NCBI RefSeq assembly: GCF_009914755.1
Contig: NC_060933.1
Length of the DNA: 64,000 bases
Reading direction: 5' to 3' (one strand)
DNA from: the human T2T-CHM13v2.0 reference genome, Homo sapiens
Shown: one piece after another, positions 26,601 to 41,100 of the stretch
How positions within the stretch are numbered: position 1 is the stretch's first letter
How the letters are laid out: each line of letters starts with the position of its first letter
Notes under the pieces: generated by a model
What the model was told of the DNA's origin: nothing
What the model saw: the letters and a program-made list of their open reading frames with translations, nothing else
The model's database searches: none
Made by a program: the position numbers and the translations under genes

Positions 26601-29600
26601 CGTTCCGAGTGGAATAGGAGGGAATGTATTCGAGTGGAATGGAAAGGAATGGAATCAACCAGAGTGGAATGGAAGGGAATGGAATGGAATGGAAACTAAT
26701 AGAATGGAATCAACCCGAGTGGAATGGAATGGAAAGGACTGGAATGGAATGGAATGGAATGGAATGGAATGGAATCAATTCGATTGTAATGGAATGGAAT
26801 GGAATGGAATGGAATGGAATGGAATGGAATGGAATTAACCCGAATACAATGGAATGGAATGGAATGGAACGGAATGGAGTGGAATGGAATGGAATCAACC
26901 CGAGTGCAGGGGAATGGAATGGAATGGAATGCAATGGAATGGAATCATCCGGAATGGAATGGAATGGAATGGAATGCAAAGCAATGGAATCAACTCGATT
27001 GCAATGGAATGGAATGGAATGGAAAGGAATACATTGGAATCAACACGAGTGGAATGGAATGGAAAGGACTGGAATGGAGTGGAATGGAATGGAATGGAAT
27101 GGAATGGAATCAACTCGATTGGAATGGAATGGAATGGAATGGAATGGAATGGAATTAACCCGAATAGAATGGAATGGAATGGAATGGAACGGAACGGAAC
27201 GGAACGGAACGGAATGGAATGGAATGGAATGGAATGGAAAGGAATGGAATCAACCCGACTGCAGGGGAATGGAATGGAATGGAATGCAATGGAATGAATT
27301 CAACTTGAATGGAATGGAAAGAATGGAATCAACACGAGTGGAATGGCATGGATTGGAATGGAATGGAATGGAATGAACCCGAGTACAGGGGAATGGAATG
27401 GAATGGAATGCAATGGAATGGAATCATCCGTAATGGAATGGAAAGGAATGGAATGGAATGGAATGGAATGGAATGGAATGGAATGGAATGGAATCAACTC
27501 GATTGCAATCGAATGGAATGGAATGGAATTAACCCGAATAGAATGGAATGGAATGGAATGGAACGGAACGGAACGGAATGGAATGGAATGGAATGGAATG
27601 GAATGCAATGGAATGGAACGGAAAGGAATGGAATGGAATGGAATGGAATGGAATGGAATGGAATGGAATGGAATCAACGCGAGTGCAGGGGAATGGAATG
27701 GAATGGAATGCAATGGAATGGAATCTTCCGGAATGGAATGGAATGGAATGGAATGGAATGGAATGGAATAAACCCGAGTGCAATGGAATGGAGTGGAATG
27801 GAATGGAATGGAATGGAACAGCCCGAATGGAATGGAATGTAATGGAGAGTAAGGGAGTTGAATAGAATCAATACGAATGTAATGGAATGGAATGAAACGG
27901 AATGGAATTGAATGGAATGGAATGGAATGCAATGGAATGGAATCAACCCGAGTGCAATGGAATGGAGAGGAATGGAATGGAATGGAATGGAAACTACCCG
28001 AATGGAATGGAATGTAATGGAGTGTAAGGGAATTGAATAGAATCAATCCGAATGGAATGCAATGGAATGGAACGGAATGGAATGGAATGGAATGGAATGC
28101 AATGGAATGGAATCAACCCGAGTGCAATCGAATGGAATCGAATGGAATGGAATGCAATGGAATGGATTCAACTTGAATGGAATGGAAAGAATGGAATCAA
28201 CACGAGTGGAAGGGCATGGATTGGAATGCAATGGAATGGAATCAACCCGAGTACAGGGGAATGGAATGGAATGGGATGCAATGGAATGGAATCATCCGTA
28301 ATGGAATGGAAAGGAATGGAATGGAATGGAATGGAATGGAATGGAATGGAATGGAATGGAATCAACACGATTGCAATCGAATGGAATGGAATGGAAATAA
28401 CCCGAATAGAATGGAATGGATTGGAATGGAATGGAATGGAACGGAATGGAATGGAATAGAATCAACCCGAGTGCAGGGGAATGGAATGGAATGGAATGCA
28501 ATGGAATGGAATCATCCGGAATGGAATGGAATGGAATGGAATGCAAAGCAATGGAATCAACTCGATTGCAATGGAATGCAATGGAATGGAAAGGAATACA
28601 TTGGAATCAACCCGAGTGGAATGGAATGGAAAGGACTGGAATGGAGTGGAATGGAATGGAATGGAATGGAATGGAATCAACTCGATTGGAATGGAATGGA
28701 ATGGAATGGAATGGAATGGAATGGAATTAACCCGAATAGAATGGAATGGAATGGAGTGGAAACTACCCGAATGGAATGGAATGCAATGGAATGGAATCAA
28801 CCCGAGTGCAATGGAATGGAAAGAAATGGAATGGAATGGAGTGGAAACTACCCGAATGGAATGGAATGTAATGGAGAGTAAGGGAATTGAATAGAATCCA
28901 TCCGAATGTAATGGAAAGGAATGGAACGGAATGGAATGGAATGGAATGGAATGGAATGGAATGGAATGGAATGGAAAGGAATGCAATGGAATGGAATCAA
29001 CCCGAGTGCAATCGAATGGAATCGAATGGAATGGAATGCAATGGAATGGAATCAACTCGATTGCAATCGAATGGAATGGAATGGAATTAACCCAAATAGA
29101 ATGGAATGGAACGGAATGGAAAGGAACGGAATGGAATGGAATGGAAAGGAATGTAATGGAATGGAATGGAACGGAACGGAATGGAATGGAATGGAATGGA
29201 ATGGAATCAACGCGAGTGCAGGGGAATGGAATGGAATGGAATGCAATGGAATGGAATGGAATGGGATCAACGCGAGTGCAGGGGAATGGAATGGAATGGA
29301 ATGCAATGGAATGGAATCTTCCGGAATGGAATGGAATGGAATGGAATGGAATGAAATGCAATGGATTCAACTCGATTGCAATGGAATGGAATAGAATGGA
29401 AAGGAATGGAATGGAATGGAATGAACCCGAATAGAATGGAATGGAATGCAATGGAACGGAATGGAACGGAATGGAATGGAATGGAATGGAATGGAATGGC
29501 ATGGAATGGAATGGAATGGTACGGAATAGAATGGAATGTAACGAATTGTAATGGAATGGAATTGAATGGAATGGAATGGAATCAACGCGAGTGCAGGGGA

Positions 29601-32600
29601 ATGTAATGCAACGGAATGCAATGGAATGGAATCATCCGGAATGGAATGGAATGGAATGGAATGGAATGGAATGGAATGGAATGGAATCAACCCGAGTGCA
29701 ATGGAATGGAGTGGAATGGAATGGAATGGAATGGAACAACCCGAATGGAATGGAATGTAATGGAATGAAAGGGAGTTGAATAGAATCAATCCGAATGTAA
29801 TGGAATGGAATGCAACGGAATGGAATGGAATGGAATGCAATGGATAGCAATCAACCCGAGTACAATGGAATGGAATGGAATGGAATGGAATGGAATGGAA
29901 TGGAATGGAATGCCTTCAAAACGAATGGAATGGAAAGGAATGGAATCAACACGAGTGGAATGGAATGGAATGGAATGGAATGATACGGAATAGAATGGAA
30001 TGGAAAGAAATGGAATGGAATGGAATGGAATGGAATGGAAAGGAATGGAATGGAATGGAATCGTTCCGAGTGGAATAGGAGGGAATGTATTCGAGTGGAA
30101 TGGAAAGGAATGGAATCAACCAGAGTGGAATGGAAGGGAATGGAATGGAATGGAAACTAATAGAATGGAATTAACCCGAGTGGAATGGAATGGAAAGGAC
30201 TGGAATGGAATGGAATGGAAACGTATCAACTCGATTGTAATGGAATGGAATGGAATGGAATGGAATGGAATGGAATTAACCCCAATAAAATGGAATGGAA
30301 TGGAATGGAATGGAATGGAGTGGAATGGAATGGAATCAACCCGAGTGCAGGGGAATGGAATGGAATGGAATGCAATGGAATGGAATTATCCGGTATGGAA
30401 TGGAATGGAATGGAATGCAAAGCAATGGAATCAACTCGATTGCAATGGAATGGAATGCAATGGAAAGGAATACATTGGAATCAACCCGAGTGGAATGGAA
30501 TGGAAACGACTGGAATGGAGTGGAATGGAATGGAATGGAATGGAATGGAATCAACTCGATTGGAATGGAATGGAATGGAATGGAATAGAATTGAATGGAA
30601 TGGAATCAACCCGACTGCAGGGGAATGGAATGGAATGGAATGCAATGGAATGGATTCAACTTGAATGGAATGGAAAGAATGGAATCAACACGAGTGGAAT
30701 GGCATGGATTGGAATGGAATGGAATGGAATGAACCCGAGTACAGGGGAATGGAATGGAATGGAATGCAATGGAATGGAATCATCCGTAATGGAATGGAAA
30801 GGAATGGAATGGAATGGAATGGAATGGAATGGAATGGAATGGAATGGAATCAACTCGATTGCAATGGAATGGAATGGAATGGAATTAACCCGAATAGAAT
30901 GGAATGGAATGGAATGACACGGAACGGAACGGAATGGAATGGAATGGAATGGAATGGAATGGAATGGAATGGAACGGAAAGGAATGGAATGGAATGGAAT
31001 GGAATGGAATGGAATGGAATCAACGCGAGGGCAGGGGAATGGAATGGAATGGAATGCAATGGAATGGAATCTTCCGGAATGGAATGGAATGGAATGGAAT
31101 GGAATGGAATGGAATGGAATGGAATGGAATAAACCCGAGTGCAATGGAATGGAGTGGAATGGAATGGAGTGGAACGGAATGGAATGGAATGGAACAGCCC
31201 GAATGGAATGGAATGGAATATAATGGAGAGTAAGGTAGTTGAATAGAATCAATCCGAATGTAATGGAATGGAATGGAACGGAATGGAATTGAATGGAATG
31301 GAATGGAATGCAATGGAATGGAATCAACCCGAGTGCAAAGGAATGGAGAGGAATGGAATGGAATGGAATGGAAACTACCCGAATGGAATGGAATGTAATG
31401 GAGTGTAAGGGAATTGATTAGAATCAATCCGAATGTAATGGAATGGAATGGAACGGAATGGAATGGAATGCAATGGAATGGAATCAACCCGAGTGCAATC
31501 GAATGGAATCGAATGGAATGGAATGCAATGCAATGGATTCAATTTGAATGGAATGGAAAGAATGGAATCAACACGAGTGGAAGGGCATGGATTGGAATGC
31601 AATGGAATGGCATCAACCCGAGTACAGGGGAATGGAATTGAATGGAATGCAATGGAATGGAATCATCCGTAATGGAATGGAAAGGAATGGAATGGAATGG
31701 AATGGAATGGAATGGAATCAACACGATTGCAATCGAATGGAATGGAATGGAATTAAACCGAATAGAATGGAATGGAATGGAATGGAACGGAACGGAGTGG
31801 AATGGAATGGAATCAACCCGAGTGCAGGGGAATGGAATGGAATGGAATGCAATGGAATGGAATCATCCGGAATGGAATGGAATGGAATGGAATGCAAAGC
31901 AATGGAATCAACTCGATTGAAATGGAATGGAATGGAATGGAAAGGAATACATTGGAATCAACCCGAGTGGAATGGAATGAAAATGACTGGAATGGAGTGG
32001 AATGGAATGGAATGGAATGGAATGGAATCAACTCGATTGGAATGGAATGGAATGGAATGGAATGGAATGGAATTAACCCGAATAGAATGGAATGGAATGG
32101 AATGGAACGGAACGGAACGGAACGGAATGGAATGGAATGGAATGGAATGGAATGGAATCAACCCGACTGCAGGGGAATGGAATGGAATGGAATGCAATGG
32201 AATGGATTCAACTTGAATGGAATGGAAAGAATGGAATCAACACGAGTGGAATGGCATGGATTGGAATGGAATGGAATGGAATCAACCCGAGTACAGGGGA
32301 ATGGAATGGAATGGAATGCAATGGAATGGAATCATCCATAATGGAATGGAAAGGAATGGAATGGAATGGAATGGAATGGAATGGAATGGAATGGAATGGA
32401 ATCAACTCGATTGCAGTCGAATGGAATGGAATGGAATTAACCCGAATAGAATGGAATGGAATGGAATGGAACGGAACGGAACGGAACGGAACGGAACGGA
32501 ATGGAATGGAATGGAATGGAACGGAACGGAAAGGAATGGAATGGAATGGAATGGAATGGAATGGAATGGAATCAACGCGAGTGCAGGGGAATGGAATGGA

Positions 32601-35124
32601 ATGGAATGCAATGAAATGGAATCATCCGTAATGGAATGGAAAGGAAAGGAATGGAATGGAATGGAATGGAATGGAATGGAATGGAATGGAATGGAATGGA
32701 ATGGAATGGAATAAACCCGAGTGCAATGGAATGGAGTGGAATGGAATGGAATGGAATGGAACAACCCGAATGGAATGGAATGTAATGGAGAGTAAGGGAG
32801 TTGAATAGAATCAATCCGAATGGAATGGAATGTAATGGAACGGAATGGAATTGAATGGAATGGAATGGAATGCAATGGAATGGAATCAACCCGAGTGCAA
32901 TGGAATGTAGAGAAATGGAATGGAATGGAATGGAAACTACCCGAATGGAATGGAATGTAATGGAGTGTAAGGGAATTGAATAGAATCAATCCGAATGTAA
33001 TGGAATGGAATGGAACGGAATGGAATGGAATGGAATGGAATTGAATGGAATGGAATGCAATGGAATGGAATCAACCCGAGTGCAATCGAATGGAATCGAA
33101 TGGAATGGAATGCAATGGAATGGATTCAACTTGAATGGAATGGAACGAATGGAATCAACACGAGTGGAAGGGCATGGATTGGAATGCAATGGAATGGAAT
33201 CAAACCGAGTACAGGGGAATGGAATGGAATGGAATGCAATGAAATGGAATCATCCGTAATGGAATGGAAAGGAAAGGAATGGAATGGAATGGAATGGAAT
33301 GGAATGGAATCAACAAGATTGCAATAGAATGGAATGGAATGGAATTAACCCGAATAGAATGGAATGGAATGGACTGGAACGGAACGGAATGGAATGGAAT
33401 GGAATGGAATGGAACGGAACGGAATGGAATGGAATGGATTGGAATGGAATGGAATGGAATGGAATGGAACGGAAAGGAATGGAATGGAATGGAATGGAAT
33501 GGAATGGAATGGAATGGAATGGAATCAACGCGAGTACGGGGGAATGGAATGTAATGGAATGCAATGGAATGGAATCTTCCGGAATGGAATGGAATGGAAT
33601 GGAATGGAATCAATCCGAGTGCAATGGAATGGAGTGGAATGGAATGGAATGGAATGGAACAACCCGAATGGAATCGAATGTAATGGAGAGTAATGGAGTT
33701 GAATAGAATCAATCCGAATGTAATGGAATGGAATGGAACGGAATGGAATTGAATGGAATGGAATGGAATGCAATGGAATGGAATCAACCCGAGTGCAATG
33801 GAATGGAGAGAAATGGAATGGAATGGAGTGGAAACTACCCAAATGGAATGGAATGCAATGGAATGGAATCAACCCGAGTGCAATGGAATGGAGAGAAATG
33901 GAATGGAATGGAGTGAAAACTACCGGAATGAAATGGAATGTAATGGAGTGTAAGGGAATTGAATAGAATCAATCCGAATGTAATGGAAAGGAATGGAACG
34001 GAATGGAATGGAATGGAATGGAATGGAATGCAATGGAATGGAATCAACCAGAGTGCAATCGAATGGAATCGAATGGAATGGAATGCAATGGAATGGAATC
34101 AACTCGATTGCAATCGAATGGAATGGAATGGAATTAACCCGAATAGAATGGAATGGAATGGAATGGAAAGGAACGGAATGGAATGGAATGGAATGGAATG
34201 GAATGGAACGGAACGGAACGGAATGGAATGGAATGGAATGGAATGGAATGGAATCAACGCGAGTGCAGGGGAATGGAATGGAATGGAATGCAATGGAATG
34301 GAATCTTCCGGAATGGAATGGAATGGAATGGAAAGAAGTGCAATGGATTCAACTCGATTGAAATGGAATGGAATAGAATGGAATGGAATGGAATGAACAC
34401 GAATAGAATGGAATGGAATGCAATGGAACGGAATGGAACGGAATGGAATGGAATGGAATGGAATGGAATGGTATGGAATGGAATGGAATGGTACGGAATA
34501 GAATGGAATGTAACGAATTGTAGTGGAATGGAATTGAATGGAATGGAATGGAATCAACGAGAGTGCAGGGGAATGTAATGGAACGGAATGCAATGGAATG
34601 GAATCATCCGTTATGGAATGGAATGGAATGGAATGGAATGGAATGAAATCAACCCGAGTGCAATGGAATGGAGTGGAATGGAATGGAATGGAATGGAAAA
34701 ACACGAATGGAATGGAATGTAATGGAATGTAAGGGAGTTGAATAGAATCAATCCGAATGTAATGGAATGGAATGCAACGGAATGGAATGGAATGGAATGC
34801 AATGGAATGCAATCAACCAGAGTACAATGGAATGGAATGGAATGGAATGGAATGGAATGGAATGGAATGGAATGCCTTCAAACCGAATGGAATGGAAAGG
34901 AATGGAATCAACACGAGTGGAATAGAATGGAATGGAATGGAATGGAATGCAATGGAATGGAATGATACGGAATAGAATGGAATGGAACGAAATGGAATGG
35001 AATGGAATGGAATGGAATGGAAAGGAATGGAATGGAATGGAATCGTTCCAAGTGGAATAGGAGGGAATGTATTCGAGTGGAATGGAAAGGAATGGAATCA
35101 ACCAGAGTGGAATGGAAGGGAATT

Positions 35125-38100
35125 GAATGGAATGGAAACTAATAGAATGGAATCAACCCGATTGGAATGGAATGGAAAGGACTGGAATGGAATGGAATGG
35201 AATGGAATGGAATGGAATTAACCGGAATAGAATGGAATGGAAAGGAATGGAACGGAATGGAATGGAATGGAAGGGAATGGAATCAACACGAGTGCAGGGG
35301 AATGGAATGGAATGGAATGGAATGGAATGGAATGGAATCAACTCCATTGCAATGGAATGGAATGGAATGGAATGGAATAGAATGGAATGGAATTAACCCG
35401 AATAGAATGGAATGCAATAGAATGGAATGCAACGGAACCGAATGGAGTGGAATGGAATGGAATGGAATCAACCCGAGTACAGGGGAATGGAATGGAATGG
35501 AATGCAATGGAATGGAGTAATCCGTAATGGAATGGAAAGGAATGGAATGGAATGGAATGGAATGGAATCAACTCAATGGCAATCGAATGGAATGGAATGG
35601 AATTAACCCGAATAGAATGGAATGGAATGGAATGGAACGGAACGGAATGGAATGGAATGGAATGGAATGGAATGGAACGGAACGGAATGGAATGGAATGG
35701 AATCGAATGGAATCAACGCGAGTGCAGGGGAATGGAATGGAATGGAATGCAATCGAATGGAATCTTCCGGAATGGAATGCAATGGAATGGAATGGAATGA
35801 AAGGCAATGGATTCAACTCGATTGCAATGGAATGGAATAGAATGGAATGGAATGGAATGGAATGGAATTTAATTGAATGGAATGGAATACCTTCAAACCG
35901 AATGGAATGGAAAGGAATGGAATCAACACGAGTGGAAAGGAATGGAATGGAAAGGAATGGAATGGAATGGAATGGTACGGAATAGAATGGAATGGAACGA
36001 ACTGGAATGGAATGCAATGGAATGGAATGGAATGGAATGGAATGGAATGGAATCGTTCCGAGTGGAATAGGATGGAATGTATTCGAGTGGAATGGAAAGG
36101 AATGGAATCAACCAGAGTGGAATGGAAGGGAATGGAATGGAATGGAAACTAATAGAATGGAATCAACCCGAGTGGAATGGAATGGAAAGGACTGGAATGG
36201 AATGGAATGGAATGGAAGGGAATGGAATCAACTCGATTGTAATGGAATGGAATGGAATGGAATGGAATGGAATGGAATGGAATGGAATGGAATTAACCCG
36301 AATACAATGGAATGGAATGGAATGGAACGGAATGGAGTGGAATGGAATGGAATCAACCCGAGTGCAGGGGAATGGAATGGAATGGAATGCAATGGAATGG
36401 AATCATCCGGAATGGAATGGAATGGAATGGAATGCAAAGCAATGGAATCAACTCGATTGCAATGGAATGGAATGGAATGGAAAGGAATAGAATGGAATCA
36501 ACCCGAGTGTAATGGAATGGAAAGGACTGGAATGGAGTGTAATGCAATGGAATGGAATGGAATGGAATCAACTCGATTGTAATGGAATGGAATGGAATGG
36601 AATGGAATGGAATTAACCCGAATAGAATGGAATGGAATGGAATGGAACGGAACGGAATGGAATGGAATGGAATGGAATGGAATGGAATGGAATGGAATGG
36701 AATCAACCCGACTGCAGGGGAATGGAATGGAATGGAATGGAATGGAATGGAATGGAATGGAATCATCCGGAACGGAATGGAATGGAATGGAATGGAATCA
36801 AATCGATTGCAATGGAATGGAATGGAATGGAATGGAATCGAATGGAGTGGAGTGGAATTAACCGGAATAGAATGGAATGGAATGGAATGGAACGGAATGA
36901 AATGGAATGGAATGGAATGCAATGGAATGGAATCAACCCGAGTGCAGGGGAATGGAATGGAATGGAATGCAATGGAATGGAATCATCCGGAATGGAATGG
37001 AATGGAATGTAATGCAATCAACCTGATGCAATGGAATGGAGTGGAATGGAATGGAATGGAATGGAAACATCCCGAATGGAATGGAATGTAATGGAGTGTA
37101 AGGGAATTGAATAGAATCAATCCGAATGTAATGGAATGGAATGGAATGAAATGGAATGGAATGGAATGGAATGGAATCAACCCGAGTGCAATGGAATGGA
37201 TTCGAATGGAATGGAATGGAATGGAATGGATTCAACAAGAATGGAATGGAAAGGAATGGAATCAACCCGAGTGTAATGGCATGGAATGGAACGGAATGGA
37301 ATGGGATGGAATGGAATGGTATGGAATAGAATGGAATGGAATGAAATGGAATAGAATGGAATGGAATGGAATGGAATGGAATGAACCCGTGTGCAATGGA
37401 ATGGAATGGAATGGAATGGAATGGATTCAACTCGATTGGAATCAACTCGATTGCAATGGAATGGAATGGAATTGAAAGGAATAGAATGGAATCAACCCGA
37501 GTGGAATGGAATGGAAAGGACTGGAATGGAGTGGAATGGAATGGAATGGAATTAACCCGAATAGAATGAAATGGAATGGAATGGAATGGAATGGAATGGA
37601 ATGGAATGGAATGGAATGGAATCAACCCGAGTGCAGGGGAATGGAATGGAATGGAATGCAATGGAATGGAATCATCCGGAATGGAATGGAATGGAATGGA
37701 ATGGAATGGAATGGAATCAACTCGATTTCAATGGAAATGGAATGGAATAGAATGGAATGGAATTAACACGAATAGAATGGAATGGAATGGAATTGAATGG
37801 AACAGAAAGGAATGGAATGGAATGGAATGGAATCAACCCAAGTGCAGGGGAATGGAATGGAATGGAATTCAATGGAAAGTAATCATCCGGAATGGAATGG
37901 AATGGAATGGAATGGAATGGAATGGAATCAACCCGAGTGCAATGGAATGGAGAGGAATGGAATGGAAACTACACGAATCGAATGGAATGTAATGGAGTGT
38001 AAGGGAATTGAATAGAATGAATCCGAATGGAATGGAATGGAAAGGAATGGAATGGAATGGAATGGAATGGAATGGAATGCAATGCCATGGAATCAACCCG

Positions 38101-41100
38101 AGTGCAATCGAATGGAATCGAATGGAATGGAATGCAATGGAATGGATTCAACTTGAATGGAATGGAAAGAATGGAATCAACACGAGTGGAATGGCATGGA
38201 TTGGAATGGAATGGAATGGAATCAACCCGAGTAAAGGGGAATGGAATGGAATGGAATGAAATGGAATGGAATCATCCGTAATGTAATGGAAAGGAATGGA
38301 ATGGAATGGAATGGAATGGAATCAACTCTATTGCAATCGAATGGAATGGAATGGAATTAACCCGAATAGAATGGAATGGAATGGAATGGAATGGAACGGA
38401 ACGGAACGGAACGGAATGGAATGGAATGGAATGGAATGGAATGGAATGGAATGGAATGCAATGGAATCAACTGATTGCAATGGAATGGAATGGAATGGAA
38501 TGGAATGGAATGGAATGGAATGGAATCAACTCGATTGCAATGGAATGGAATGGAATGGAATTAACCCAAATAGAATGGAATGGTATGGAATGGTACGGAA
38601 CGGAACGGAATGGAATGGAATGGAATGGAATGGAATGGAACGGAAAGGAATGGAATGGAACGGAATGGAATGGAATGGAATGGAATGGAATCAACGCGAG
38701 TGCAGGGGAATGGAATGGAATGGAATGCAATGGAATGGAATCTTCCGGAATGGAATGGAATGGAATGGAATGGAATCAACCCGAGTGCAATGGAATGGAG
38801 TGGAATGGAATGGAATGGAATGGAACAACCCGAATGGAATGGAATGTAATGGAGAGTAAAGGAGTTGAATAGAATCATTCCGCATGTAATGGAATGGAAT
38901 GGAACGGAATGGAATTGAATGGAATGGAATGGAATGCAATGGAATGGAATCAACCCGAGTGCAATGGAATGGAGAGGAATGGAATGGAATGGAATGGAAA
39001 CTACCCGAATGGAATGGAATGTAATGGAGTGTAAGGGAATTGAATAGAATCAATCCGAATGTAATGGAATGGAATGGAACGGAATGGAATGGAATGGAAT
39101 GGAATGGAATGGAATGGAATGGAATCAACCCGAGTGCAATCGAATGGAATCGAATGGAATGCAATACAATGGAATGGATTCAACTTGAATGGAATGGAAA
39201 GAATGGAATCAACACGAGTGGAATGGCATGGATTGGAATGGAATGGAATGGAATCAACCCGAGTACAGGGGAATGGAATGGAATGGAATGCAATGGAATG
39301 GAATCACCCGTAATGGAATGGAAAGGAATGGAATGGAATGGAATGGAATGGAATGGAATGGAATGGAATGGAATCAACTCGATTGCAATCGAATGGAATG
39401 GAATGGAATTAACCCAAATAGAATGGAATGGAATGGAATGGAACGGAACGGAATGGAATGGAATGGAATGGAATGGAATGGAACGGAACGGAACGGAACG
39501 GAATGGAATGGAATGGAATGGAATGGAAAGGAATCAACGCGAGTGCAGGGGAATGGAATGGAATGGAATGCAATGGAATGGAATCTTCCGGAATGGAATG
39601 GAATGGAATGGAATGGAATGGAATCAACCCGAGTGCAATCGAATGGAGTGGAATGGAATGGAATGGAATGGAACAACCCGAATTGAATGGAATGTAATGG
39701 AGAGTAAGGGAGTTGAATGGAATCAATCCGAAAGTAATGGAATGGTATGGAACGGAATGGAATTGAATGGAATGGAATGGAATGCATGGAATGGATTCAA
39801 CCCGAGTTCAACGGAATGGAGAGGAATGGAATGGAATGGAATGGAAACTACCCGAATGGAATGGAATGGAATGGAGTGTAAGGGAATTGAATAGAATCAA
39901 TCCGAATGTAATGGAATGGAATGGAACGGAATGGAATGGAATGGAATGGAATGGAATGGAATGGAATGCAATGGAATGGAATCAACCCGAGTGCAATCGA
40001 ATGGAATCGAATGGAATGGAATGCAATGGAATGGATTCAACTTGAATGGAATGGAAAGAATGGAATCAACACGAGTGGAATGGCATGGATTTGAATGGAA
40101 TGGAATGGAATCAACCCGAGTACAGGGGAATGGAATGGAATGGAATGCAATGGAATGGAATCATCCGTCATGGAATGGAAAGGAATGGAATGGAATGGAA
40201 TGGAATGGAATGGAATCAACTCGATTGCAATCGAATGGAATGGAATGGAATTAACCCGAATAGAATGGAATGGAATGGAATGGAACGGAACGGAATGGAA
40301 TGGAATGGAATGGAATGGAATGGAACGGAAAGGAAAGGAATGGAATGGAATAGAATGGAATGGAATGGAATCAACGCGAGTGCAGGGGAATGGAATGGAA
40401 TGGAATGCAATGGAATGGAATCTTCCGGAATGGAATGGAATGGAATGGAATGGAATGGAATGGAATGGAATCAACCCTAGTGCAATGGAATGGAGTGGAA
40501 TGGAATGGAATGGAATGGAACAACCCGAATGGAATGGAATGAAATGGAGAGTAAGGGAGTTGAATAGAATCAATCCGAATGTAATGGAATGGAATGCAAC
40601 GGAATGGAATGGAATGGAATGGAATGGAATGCAATGGAATGGAATCAACCCGAGTGCAATGGAATGGAGAGGAATGGAATGGAATGGAATGGAAACTACC
40701 CGAATGGAATGGAATGTAATGGAGTGTAAGGGAATTGAATAGAATCAATCCGAATGTAATGGAATGGAATGGAACGGAATGGAATGGAATGGAATGGAAT
40801 GGAATGGAATGCAATGGAATGGAATCAACCCGAGTGCAATCGAATGGAATCGAATGGAATGGAATGCAATGGAATGGATTCAACTTGAATGGAATGGAAA
40901 GAATGGAATCAACACGAGTGGAATGGCATGGATTGGAATGGAATGGAATGGAATCAACCCGAGTACAGGGGAATGGAATGGAATGGAATGCAATGGAATG
41001 GAATCATCCGTAATGGAATGGAAAGGAATGGAATGGAATGGAATGGAGTGGAATGGAATGGAATGGAATCAACTCGATTGCAATCGAATGGAATGGAATG

